DNA of 64,000 nucleotides, taken from positions 328,173 to 392,172 of the forward strand of contig CAVTXE010000001.1 of assembly GCA_963738635.1 (NCBI GenBank). Direction: 5' to 3'. The notes beneath the pieces were generated by a model, which ran no database searches, had not been told where the DNA came from, and worked only from the letters and a program-made list of their open reading frames with translations. This document shows, piece after piece, positions 26,037 to 35,626 of the stretch. A program made the translations under genes and the position numbers. This DNA is from an uncultured Alphaproteobacteria bacterium. Its GTDB lineage: Bacteria; Pseudomonadota; Alphaproteobacteria; Rhodobacterales; Rhodobacteraceae. How positions within the stretch are numbered: position 1 is the first letter of the stretch; each line of letters starts with the position of its first letter.

Positions 26037-28064
26037 TCAGGCCGCATCCAGCAATCCGCGCCCCTTCAGCAGCGCCTCGACCCCCGGCATCCGGCCCCGG
26101 AACGCGACATAGGCCGCCTCGGCGTCCTCGGACCCGCCCGCCGACAGGATGTGCCGTTCCAGGCGTGCGGCCAGCCCCGCGTCGAACGGATCGCCCGCCT
26201 CCTCGAACGCCGCGAAGGCGTCCGCGTCCATCACCTCGGACCACATGTAGCTGTAGTAGCCCGCCGAATAACCGTCGCCGGAAAAGATATGCGCGAAATG
26301 CGGCGTCGCGTGCCGCATCCGGATTGCGCGCGGCATTCCCAGATCGGCCAGCACCCTGTCCTGCATCGCCATCGGGTCCGGCGGGGCAGCCCCTTCGTGG
26401 AACGCCAGATCGACCAGAGCCGACGACACATATTCCACCGTCGCAAAGCCCTGATCGAAGGTCGCCGCCGCCATAAGCCGGTCCAGCATCTCCTGCGGCA
26501 TCGCCGCACCCGTTTCGGCGTGTCGCGCGTGTTTCTCCAACACCTCCGGAACCTCCAGCCAGTGCTCGTAGAGCTGGCTCGGCAGTTCCACGAAGTCCCG
26601 CGCGACGTTGGTCCCTGCGATGAACGGATGCATCACATCCGACAGCATCTGGTGCAGCGCGTGGCCGAATTCGTGGAACAGCGTCCGCGCGTCGTCATAT
26701 GACAGCAGCGCCGGGCTGCCTGCCGCGGGCTTCGCAAAGTTGCAGACGTTGACCACGATGGGCCGCACCTCGCCGTCCAGCCGCTTCTGCCCGCGGAACG
26801 TCGAACACCACGCGCCCGACCGTTTCGATGACCGACCGAAGTAGTCCCCGATGAACACCGCCAGATGCCGCCCGTCCCGCGTCACCTCCCACGCCTTCGC
26901 GTCCGGATGATAGAGCGGCGCGTCAAGCATGCGGAAGGATACACCGAACAGCCGCGACGCCACATCGAAGGCCGCCCCGGTCATCGCATCCAGCGACAGG
27001 TAGGGCTTCAGCGCCCCCTCATCCAGATCAAACTCCGCCTTGCGCCGCCGCTCCGCATAGTAGCGCCAGTCCCACGCCTCGAGGTCCCCGTTCATCCCGT
27101 CCGCGTGCATCATCTCTGTCAGCACCCGCGCATCCGCATCGGCCTTCGCCTTGGCCGGTTCCCAGACCCGCATCAGCAGGTCGCGCACCGCCTGCGGGGT
27201 CTTGGCCATTTCCGGCTCCAGTTTGTAGGCCGCGAAACTGACGTAACCCAGCAGCCCCGCCCGCTCTTCCCGCAACGCCAGTATCTCCGCTGCAAGCGCC
27301 CGGTTGTCCGTCTCGCCGCCGTTCGCCCCCCGCGCGACCCAGGCCGAGTAGGCCGCCTCGCGCAGGTCACGACGCGGGCTGAACTGAAGGAACGGCACGA
27401 TCAGCGATCGGTTCAGTGTAAGGCAATATCCCGGCCGTCCGCGCTCCTCCGCCGCAGCCTTCGCCGTCGCCACCACGAAATCCGGCAGGCCCTGAAGGTC
27501 CGCCTCGGTCACCGGCAGATGCCAGTCGCGTTCCTCGGCCAGGATGTTCTGCGAAAACTGCGTGGTGATGACCGCCAGCCGTTCCTTGACCGCCGCCATC
27601 CGGTCGCGCGCCGCCCCCGCCAGGTCCGCGCCTGCCCGGACGAACATCCGGCGGTAAAGCTCCAGCACGCGGGCCTGTTCGGCATCCAGACCAAGCGTTT
27701 CGCGCGCCTCCCACAGCGTCCGCACCCGGGCCCACAGGGCCGGATTCGTCAGAACTTCGGTCGAGAACGCGGCCATCTTCGGGGCCAGATCGCGCTGCAA
27801 CGCCTCGCGCGCCGGCGTAGCGTCCGATCCGGCGAGGTTGTAGAAAACGCCGCCCACACGGTCCAGCAGCGCCTCGGCCAGTTCCATCGCGGCGATCGTG
27901 TTGGCGAAGGTCGGTGCCTCGGCATTTCCGGCGATGTCGCCGATCCTGGTCCGCGCTTCTTCCAGCGCCGCCTCGAAGGCAGGCGCAAAATCCTCGTCGC
28001 GGATCGCATCAAACGGCGGCAGGGCGAATTCGGCAGTCCAGTCGGCAAGCAGCGGGTTGGTCAT
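26037..28064 (-). CDS. dcp: M3 family peptidyl-dipeptidase
   Basis: The protein starts MTNPLLADWTAEFALPPFD from ATG 28064, which is preceded by AAGGAGG. It carries the zinc site LFHEFGHALHQML. It is intact at 675 aa. Confidence 0.9.
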   Translation of the reverse strand: MTNPLLADWTAEFALPPFDAIRDEDFAPAFEAALEEARTRIGDIAGNAEAPTFANTIAAMELAEALLDRVGGVFYNLAGSDATPAREALQRDLAPKMAAFSTEVLTNPALWARVRTLWEARETLGLDAEQARVLELYRRMFVRAGADLAGAARDRMAAVKERLAVITTQFSQNILAEERDWHLPVTEADLQGLPDFVVATAKAAAEERGRPGYCLTLNRSLIVPFLQFSPRRDLREAAYSAWVARGANGGETDNRALAAEILALREERAGLLGYVSFAAYKLEPEMAKTPQAVRDLLMRVWEPAKAKADADARVLTEMMHADGMNGDLEAWDWRYYAERRRKAEFDLDEGALKPYLSLDAMTGAAFDVASRLFGVSFRMLDAPLYHPDAKAWEVTRDGRHLAVFIGDYFGRSSKRSGAWCSTFRGQKRLDGEVRPIVVNVCNFAKPAAGSPALLSYDDARTLFHEFGHALHQMLSDVMHPFIAGTNVARDFVELPSQLYEHWLEVPEVLEKHARHAETGAAMPQEMLDRLMAAATFDQGFATVEYVSSALVDLAFHEGAAPPDPMAMQDRVLADLGMPRAIRMRHATPHFAHIFSGDGYSAGYYSYMWSEVMDADAFAAFEEAGDPFDAGLAARLERHILSAGGSEDAEAAYVAFRGRMPGVEALLKGRGLLDAA

Positions 28065-28150
28065 CGGCGGGCCTCCTTCGCGGGCATGTCGGAAAAGAAC
28101 TAGCCCAAGGCACCGTCCCTGACCACAGTGCGGGGGCAAGGGAGAGCGCC

Positions 28151-29361
28151 ATGCACGATCACAATCACCCGAAAGGCCCGCAGACCACTGCCATCCATGC
28201 GGGCGAGGGGCCTGACCCCGCAACCGGCGCGTCCGCCCCGCCGATCCACATGTCCTCGACCTTCGTCGCGGATGAACCGCTGGGGTTTTCGGCGCATGAC
28301 ATGGGGCCCGACAGCCCTTTCGTCTATGCACGCTGGGGCAATCCGACGGTGGCGATGCTGGAGGCGAAGATCGCCGCGCTTGAAGGGACTGACGCCTGCC
28401 TCTGCACGGCCAGCGGCATGGCTGCGGCATCCGCGATATTCATGACCCTGCTGTCGGCTGGCGATCATGTCGTCGTATCCGACATCTCCTATGCGGGCGT
28501 GGCCGAGCTTGCCCGGAACACCCTGCCCCGCTTCGGGATCGCGGTCAGCCTGGCCGACCTGTCCGACCCGGCGAACCTTGCCGCCGCGATCCGCCCCAAC
28601 ACCCGGCTGGTGCATTGCGAAAGCCCGGTCAATCCGATCTGCCGCCTGACCGACCTGGCCGCGATTTCCCGCATCGCCCATGCCGCAGGCGCGCTGGTCA
28701 GCTGCGATAACACTTTCGCCTCGCCCATCGGGCAGACGCCTGCCGCGCTTGGCGTCGATCTGGTGATGCATTCGGCGACGAAATACCTTTGCGGTCACGG
28801 CGACGCGGTCGGCGGTGCGGTCGCCGGGCCCGGCCGACCTGATCGCGCGGCTGCGGCTTGAGGCGGGCATCCATCACGGCGGCGTCCTGTCGCCCTTTAA
28901 CGCCTGGCTGATCGCGCGTGGCGCAGCGACGCTTGCCGATCCGCATGGCGGCACATGCCAGGGGCGCTCAGGCGGTGGCGGAATGGCTGGAGACGCGGGA
29001 GGCGGTCAGCCGCGTGATCTATCCCGGCCTGCCGTCGCACCCTCAGCACGCGCTTGCCCAGAGGCAGATGACGAACGCCTCAGGCATGATGGCGTTTCAG
29101 GTGGGCGACGCCGCGACCGGCGAGCGGCTGGCGCAGGCGATGATCGACCGGTTCGATTTCATCCACTATGCCGTCAGCCTCGGGCATCAGCGGACGCTGA
29201 TCTACTGGCTGGGGACCGACGGGATGCTGGGTGGGGCGTTCAAGGGGCCGGAGGCCAGCATGCAGTCCTATCGGGACTGGGCGGGCGAGGGGATTTTCCG
29301 GCTGTCGGTGGGGCTGGAGGATGCACAGGACATCATCGGGGATCTGGCACGGGTGCTGTAG
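28151..29361 (+). pseudogene. Cys/Met-metabolism PLP-dependent enzyme (cystathionine gamma-synthase / methionine gamma-lyase family), two frame switches at 28830-28930
   Basis: The pieces read TTAIHAGE...PPIHMSSTF, YARWGNPTV, the PLP-lysine block HSATKYLCGHGD, and the C-terminus FRLSVGLEDAQDIIGDLARVL. Confidence 0.8.
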
Positions 29362-29391
29362 GTCGCGCGGCGGGCCGGGATCGCCCTGTCC

Positions 29392-29456
29392 GATTTCCCC
29401 GCGGGGAAATCAGTTACGGTTCTGCCTGATGCAGGGCTATTTCCCCGCGGGGAAAT
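29392..29456. repeat. Two copies of a perfect palindrome ATTTCCCCGCGGGGAAAT in a convergent intergenic spacer
   Basis: GATTTCCCCGCGGGGAAATC lies at 29392-29411 and ATTTCCCCGCGGGGAAAT at 29439-29456, with 27 bp between them. I found no other copy in the window. Confidence 0.7.
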
Positions 29457-29498
29457 CGGATGCGCCCGGACCGGGGTCCTTGCGGGTCCGACCCACCC

Positions 29499-30297
29499 CT
29501 ATCTCTCATCCTTGCCGCGCAGACGCCGCTCCAGCCGCCGCAGCAGCAGCGACAGCGTGATCGTCAGCGTGAGGTAGATCAGCGCCACCAGATTGTAGGT
29601 CTCGAAATAGCGGAAGTTCCCCGCCGCCGTGACCTTGCCGAGCTGTGTCACATCCGTGACCCCCAGCACGCTGACCAGCGATGAATCCTTCACCATGGCC
29701 ACAAAATCGTTGCCGAGCGGCGGCAGGATCATCCGGAACGCCTGCGGAAAGCTGACGAACCGGAACCGCTGCCAGCCGGTCAGGCCCAGCGCCTTGGCCG
29801 CCTCGATCTGGCCCGTGTCCACCGCCTGCAGCCCGGCCCGGAAAATCTCGGCGATGAAGGCCGAATAGGCCAGCGCCAGCGCGATCACCGCCCGCCACAG
29901 CAGCGGCACGTCGCGGGTGCGCAAGGGGTCGATGCCGGTCCAGCCCGTCGGCCCAGTTCCAGGCGATGATGACGGCGGGCGTCGCCGCGAAGGCGATATA
30001 GAGCAGCAGCACGATGATCGGCACGCCGCGCATGACCTCGATGTAGAACCGCGCCGCCTGCCGCAGGACCACGATGCCGCGACAGGCCGGCAACAGCAAG
30101 ACCGAGGCCAAGAAGCGAGGCTGAGAGGAAGGCGATCACGCGTCACGAGGATGGTGATGCGGATGCCCTTGGCCAGCGTCGCCAGCGCCTGCGCATAGAC
30201 CGGATCCCGCAGGACCATCCAGAACAGCCAGATGCCCAGCGCCACCAGGACGACGAGCCACCAGGGGAAATCCCTGTCGGGTCGGGTTTGCTTGCAT
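29499..30297 (-). pseudogene. Amino-acid ABC transporter permease (His/Glu/Gln/Arg/opine family), several frame switches
   Basis: The C-terminal half reads [69 protein letters not shown]. The N-terminus [11 protein letters not shown] starts at ATG 30297. Confidence 0.75.
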
Positions 30298-30344
30298 GGC
30301 GGCGGCCCGGGGCGGTCGGCCCCGGGCCAGCATCCGTCAGGCGG

Positions 30345-31133
30345 TCATTCGCCGAATTTGTAGTCGAGGAACCACTTCTTGTTCAGCGCGTCGATGGTGC
30401 CGTCCGCCTTCATCGATGCGATCGCCGCATTGATCGGGGCGACCAGGTCCGACCCCTTGGGGAAGATGAAGCCGAAGTCCTCGGACGCCAGCGGCTCGCC
30501 GATGATCTTCAGGCCGCCGTCCGACGCCGCGACATAGCCGTTGGCCGCCGTCGAGTCCGACAGGGTCAGATCCACATCGCCCGCCTTCAAGGCCTCCAGC
30601 CCCGCGCCGAAGGTCTCGAACTTGATGATGCGGGCATTTTCTTCGTTGCCGTCCAGGATGTTGTAGACCGCGGCGTAGAACGGCGAGGTGCCGGGCTGGG
30701 CGCTGACCAGCAGCTCGGGGATCGCCGCGAAGGACGCCGCGTCGGTGAAGCGGCTCTCGTCGCCGCGCACGATCATCAGCATTTCGGACCGCATGTAGGG
30801 GTCGGAGAAATCGACCTTCTCCTTGCGGTCGTCCTTGATCGTGATGCCGGTCATGCCGAGGTCGATACTGGCCTTCGCTGACCGCCGGGATCATCGCATC
30901 CCAGCTGGTGTTCTCGTATTTCACCGCCATGTTCAGCCGCTTGGCGATTTCGGCCATGCCGTCATATTCCCAGCCGATGGCCGCGCCCGAGGCGTCGAGG
31001 AACTGCAAGCGGCGGGTAGGCGTTCTCGGTCACGACGGTGACTTCGCGGCCCGCGAGGTCGGGCAGGTCCTGCGCTGTGGCAGGCAGGATGGACAGCGCG
31101 GCAAGGCCGAGCGCGACAAGGGTCGGTTTTCAT
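30345..31133 (-). pseudogene. Amino-acid ABC transporter substrate-binding protein (family 3), frame switches
   Basis: Pieces 30933..31133 (MKTD... signal region), 30337..31008 (LQFLDASGAAIGWEYDGMAEIAKRLNM...[13 protein letters not shown]) and 30345..30854 ([21 protein letters not shown]...) tile the gene. Confidence 0.75.
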
Positions 31134-31194
31134 TGGTCAGGCTCCCGGTTGGTTTTGACCGGAAGGTAAAGTGTTGGGCGGCAGAGTCCAGATG

Positions 31195-32157
31195 TCAGGC
31201 GACCTTGCCGCCGCAGACCGCGCAGTCCGCCCGGCGTTTCACCGCGATGACCCGGTTCTCGCCGTAAAGCGCGTCGAACATCATCAGCCGCCCGCGCAGG
31301 CTGTCGCCCGCGCCCGTTATTTCCTTGATCGCCTCGGCCGCCATCATCGACCCCACCACCCCCGGCAGCGCGCCCATCACCCCCGCCTCGGCGCAGGGCG
31401 GGGCCAGTCCCGGCGCGGGCCGGTCGGGAAAGACGCAGGCGTAGCAGGGCGCGCCGTGCGCCGGGTCGTACAGCGACAGCTGTCCCTCCCACTGCGTGAT
31501 CGCGCCGGACGAGCAGCGGTTTCCCAGCCGCCACCGCCGCCGCGTTGACCAGATAGCGCGTGTCGAAATTGTCGGACCCGTCGAGGATCAGGTCATAGTC
31601 CGCGAACAGCGCATCCGCGATCGTCCGCCGTCAGACGGCGGTTGTAGGGCCGCACCGTCACAAAGGGGTTCAGCGCCTTCATCGCGATTTCCGCCGAGAA
31701 CACCTTGGGCATCCCGATCCGCGCATCGGCATGGATGATCTGCCGCTGCAGGTTCGAAGTTCGACACGGTGTCATCGTCGATGACCCCGATGGTCCCGAC
31801 CCCTGCCGCCGCGAGATAAAGGAGGACCGGCGATCCGAGGCCCCCGGCCCCTACCACCAGCACGCGCGCATCCTTCAGCTTCCGCTGGCCCATGCCGCCG
31901 ACTTCGCGCAGCACGATATGGCGGGCGTAGCGGTCAAGCTCGGCCTCAGAGAACGCCCCGGCCTTGGACACTTGCGCCGGGGTATCCGTCGGGGCTGCCC
32001 GCCGCCGCAGACGCCGGAGCGCCACGACATACGCTCCGGCCGCGCAAAGCACGACCGCCAGGGCAAACCAGCCCCGGACATCCCCTCCGATCATCATGGC
32101 GAAGAAGACGGCAAGCGCGATCAGCCAATACCAGCCGAGACGCCGCAGTACGAGCAT
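31195..32157 (-). pseudogene. HesA/MoeB/ThiF family adenylyltransferase with an N-terminal two-TM extension, frame switches
   Basis: The pieces read [59 protein letters not shown], then SNLQRQIIH, then the C-terminus GVVGSMMAAEAIKEITG...RADCAVCG. Confidence 0.75.
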
Positions 32158-32237
32158 CGAGCGGCCAGTCGCTCAACGACAGCCAGGCCAAGATCAAAGA
32201 CCGATACCACAGAGAGCGGTGACGAAGACCTCCAACG

Positions 32238-32719
32238 TCAGCCCCGCCCCGTCGAGCCGAAACCGCCGGCGCCACGGGTCGTTTCGCCCAACGCATCGAC
32301 CGCCTGGAAGGCAGCCTGAACAACGGGTCCGACGATCATCTGCGCGATGCGGTCGCCGTGCCGGATGATGAACGGCTCGACCGCCGAAGTTGATCAGCAG
32401 CACGCCCAGCGGCCCGCGATAGTCGCTGTCGATGGTGCCCGGCGTGTTCGGCAGGCTGATTCCGTGCTGCAGTGCCAGTCCTGAACGCGGCCGCACCTGA
32501 ACTTCGTATCCCTCGGGGATTTCGATCCGGATGCCCGTCGGCACCACGGCCCGCTGCATCGGCGCCAGCGTAAGCCCGCCACGCGGTCCCCGGGCATGAG
32601 GTTCGCCCGGATATCCGCGCCCGCCGCCCCCGCCGTCGCGTAGGCGGGCAGCGGCATGGCGGGTCCGCCCAATCCTCCCGCATCACGCGGATCAGCGGCG
32701 CTTTCATCGCAGCTTTCAT
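32238..32719 (-). pseudogene. dut: dUTP diphosphatase, frame switches
   Basis: The pieces read MKAAMKAPLIRV (ATG 32719), [70 protein letters not shown] and the tail GGFGSTGRG with a stop at 32238. Confidence 0.85.
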
Positions 32720-32756
32720 CGTGACCCAATTACTCCCGCCGGAGGCATCCGCCCCA

Positions 32757-33953
32757 TCAGGCCAATGCGTCCGAAATTTTCCGCGCCAGCCGCCGCGCGA
32801 CCTCGTCCTTGGGCAGGCGCGGCCAGGTATCCGCCCCTGCATCCGAAATCAGCGTCACGGCATTTTCCGTGCCGCCCATGACGCCCGTTTCGGGCGACAC
32901 GTCGTTGGCCACGATCCAGTCGCAGCCCTTGCGCGCACGCTTCGCCGTCGCATGGGCCACTACATCCGTCGTCTCGGCGGCGAAACCCACTACAAGCGCG
33001 GGCCGCCCCTTTGTCATCCCCGCCACGGTGGCCAGAATGTCCGCATTCTCGGCGAACTCCAGAGCCGGGGCGCGGCCGGAGCTATCCTTCTTCATCTTCT
33101 GCGTCGACGCGTTCGCCACGCGCCAGTCCGCCACTGCCGCCGCGAAGACCGCCGCATCGGCCGGCAGTGCTGCCCGTACCGCCGCGAGCATCTCGGCCGC
33201 CGTGTCCACCTGCGCGACTGTCACGCCCGCCGGTGGGGGCACTGCTGCCGGACCCGTCACAAACGTCACCTTCGCACCCAGGTCGCGCAACGCCGCCGCC
33301 AGCGCCGTGCCCTGCGCGCCGGACGACCGGTTGGCGATGTAGCGCACCGGGTCGATGGGTTCGTGCGTCGGACCCGATGTGACCAGAACATGCCGTCCTG
33401 CGAGCGGTCCGCCGCCCAGTGCCGCCTCAACGGCAGCCACGATCTCCAGAGGTTCCGCCATCCGCCCGGGCCCGTATTCGCCGCAGGCCATGTCGCCTTC
33501 GTTCGGCCCCACGGTCAGGATGCCGTCGGCTGCAAGAATTGCCGCATTCCGCCGTGTCGCCGCATGGGTCCACATCCGCACGTTCATCGCGGGGGCGATC
33601 AGCACACGCTTGTCCGTCGCCAGAAGCAGGGTCGAGGCGAGATCATCCGCCTGCCCCCCCGCCATCTTCGCCATCAGGTCCGCAGTCGCGGGCGCCACGA
33701 CGATCAGGTCTGCGGCACGGGACAGTTCGATATGGCCCATCTCGGCTTCGTCGGTCAGGTCGAACAGATGCCGATAGACCTTCTCGCCCGCCAGCGCCGA
33801 TGCCGACAGTGGCGTGACGAATTCCTCCGCCGCCCGGGTCAGGACCGGCGTCACGGATGCGCCGCGCTCCTTCAGCCGCCGGATCAGGTCAAGCGACTTG
33901 TACGCCGCGATCCCGCCGCCGATGATCAGAAGTATCCGCTTGCCCGCCAGCAT
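32757..33953 (-). CDS. coaBC: Bifunctional phosphopantothenoylcysteine decarboxylase / phosphopantothenate-cysteine ligase
   Basis: The protein is intact at 398 aa. It reads MLAGKRILLIIGGGIAAYKSLDLIRRLKERG...PAMNVRMW...GPTHEPIDPVRYIANRSSG. Confidence 0.95.
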   Translation of the reverse strand: MLAGKRILLIIGGGIAAYKSLDLIRRLKERGASVTPVLTRAAEEFVTPLSASALAGEKVYRHLFDLTDEAEMGHIELSRAADLIVVAPATADLMAKMAGGQADDLASTLLLATDKRVLIAPAMNVRMWTHAATRRNAAILAADGILTVGPNEGDMACGEYGPGRMAEPLEIVAAVEAALGGGPLAGRHVLVTSGPTHEPIDPVRYIANRSSGAQGTALAAALRDLGAKVTFVTGPAAVPPPAGVTVAQVDTAAEMLAAVRAALPADAAVFAAAVADWRVANASTQKMKKDSSGRAPALEFAENADILATVAGMTKGRPALVVGFAAETTDVVAHATAKRARKGCDWIVANDVSPETGVMGGTENAVTLISDAGADTWPRLPKDEVARRLARKISDALA

Positions 33954-34031
33954 CAGGGACCTCGCCGCCCGCCTGCGACAGGATTAGGCGCGGGGGGCCG
34001 GGATGACAAGCGCGGGCCCGGTCGGGGCCCG

Positions 34032-34911
34032 TCAGGTCAGAAAATGCGCCACTTCCCGCGACTGCCCTTCCAGGCTGCGGCGCATCTTGGCGAAGGCCGC
34101 CGCTTCCAGCTGGCGAATGCGTTCCTTGGACAGACCCAGTTCCTCGCCCAGACTTTCCAGCGTCCGGGGTTCTTCGCGCAGCTTGCGTTCGGCCACGATG
34201 TAACGCTCGCGCGATGTCAGCGACCCCATCGCCACCTTCAGCCAGCCGCGCAGGGTCGCCGCGTCATGCGCCTCGGCCACAGTCTCCGATGCCTGCGCCG
34301 CGGTCATCCTCCAGCGCCTCGATCCATTCGCGGCCGTCCTCGTCCGACGATTGCGTCGCGTTCAGCGAATAGTCCGACCCGGACAGCCGGCCCTCCATCA
34401 TCTCGACATCGGCCAGCGGCACGCCCACCTCGCGCGCGATACGTTCGCGCAGCTGGTGGCCGTCCAGTTCTTCGCCCGCCTGCTCTGCCTCGCGCTCCAG
34501 CCGCGCCTGAACGCGGCGCAGGTTGAAGAACAGCGATTTCTGCGACGATGTCGACCCGGTGCGCACCATCGACCAGTTGCGCATCACATAGTCCTGGATC
34601 GAGGCCTTGATCCACCAGACCGCATAGGTCGAGAACCGCACACCGCGATCGGGGTCGAACTTGTCCGCTGCCTTCATCAGGCCCAGACCCGCTTCCTGAA
34701 TCAGGTCGTTCATCGGCGCGCCGTAGCGGCGGAATTTCGATGCCATCGAAATCGCCAGCCGCATGTAGGCGGTGATCAACCGATGCAGCGCCGCCTCGTC
34801 GCGCTGGTCGCGCCAGGCGAAGGCCAGCTTCAATTCGGTTTCCGCATCCAGAAGCTCGGCCTTCATCGCTTTGCGCGAAAAGCCGTGGTCGCTATATCCG
34901 TCAAGGGGCAT
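34032..34911 (-). pseudogene. rpoH: RNA polymerase sigma-32 factor, one frame switch near 34300
   Basis: The pieces read LIQEAGLGLMKAADKFDPDRGVRFSTYAVWWIKASIQDYV and the RpoH box QKSLFFNLRR. The region 4 piece (ORF 34032..34307) reads SLTSRERYIVAERKL...TLESLGEELGLSKERIRQLE. Confidence 0.9.
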
Positions 34912-34966
34912 GTCTTATCCTCCCGTCGCGATGCGTCTGACCAATTTGTTTAGGATACGGTGAATC

Positions 34967-35524
34967 ATGACAGGCGGATCAATCAAAGCTTCGGCATCGG
35001 GGCACCTGACGCTGATCCTCGGCGGGGCGCGGTCCGGCAAGTCGGCGTTCGCTGAAAACCTGGTCATCGGATTCGGTGTTCCGCCGCTCTACTTTGCCAC
35101 TGCAACGCCATCTGATGCCGAAATGACCGCCCGGATCGACCGTCACAGGTCTGACAGGTCCAACGCCTTCACCACCATCGAGGTTCCGCTGGACCTTGCC
35201 CAAGCCCTGCGCGGTCTTGGCCCCGCCGCCTGCGTACTGGTCGACTGCGCCACACTCTGGCTGTCGAACCATCTGCTCGCCGGGCACGACTGCGATGCGG
35301 TTTGCGACGATCTGTCTGCGGCACTGACAGCCTGCCCAGCCCGCATTGTCATCGTCTCGAACGAAGTCGGCTTCGGGCTTGTCCCGGACACAGCCATCGG
35401 CCGGCAGTTCCGCGACGCACAAGGCCGCCTGAACCAGCGTCTCGCCGCCCGCGCCGACACGGTCGTCTTTGTCCTCGCCGGTCTGCCGATGGTCCTGAAA
35501 GGCGAAATGCCGCCTGCGGGATGA
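34967..35524 (+). CDS. cobU: Bifunctional adenosylcobinamide kinase / adenosylcobinamide-phosphate guanylyltransferase
   Basis: The protein carries the P-loop LILGGARSGKSAFAE, then MTARIDRHRSDR and IVIVSNEVGFGLVPDTAIGRQFRDAQGRLNQ. It is intact at 185 aa. Confidence 0.85.
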   Translation: MTGGSIKASASGHLTLILGGARSGKSAFAENLVIGFGVPPLYFATATPSDAEMTARIDRHRSDRSNAFTTIEVPLDLAQALRGLGPAACVLVDCATLWLSNHLLAGHDCDAVCDDLSAALTACPARIVIVSNEVGFGLVPDTAIGRQFRDAQGRLNQRLAARADTVVFVLAGLPMVLKGEMPPAG

Positions 35525-35626
35525 CCCCGACCATCACGCGGGGTGATGACCGACCCCGCGTTTCGGCATTTCACCCTGCGCGCCATCCCGCGCTACACTG
35601 CGCGCGCCACCACAGACGGGACAATC

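Noticed and set aside
28065-28150. A possible SAM/Met riboswitch in the leader of the Cys/Met PLP-enzyme gene.
   Set aside because: The leader is only 86 nt and is shared with the divergent dcp promoter. I could not recognise SAM-II/SAM-V-like pseudoknot elements. Only an Rfam scan could settle this.
29392-29456. The twin palindromes as a mini-CRISPR or as canonical bidirectional intrinsic terminators.
   Set aside because: There are only two copies with a 27-bp spacer and no cas context. Neither strand has a U-tract after the GC stem. I kept them as a repeat of unknown role.
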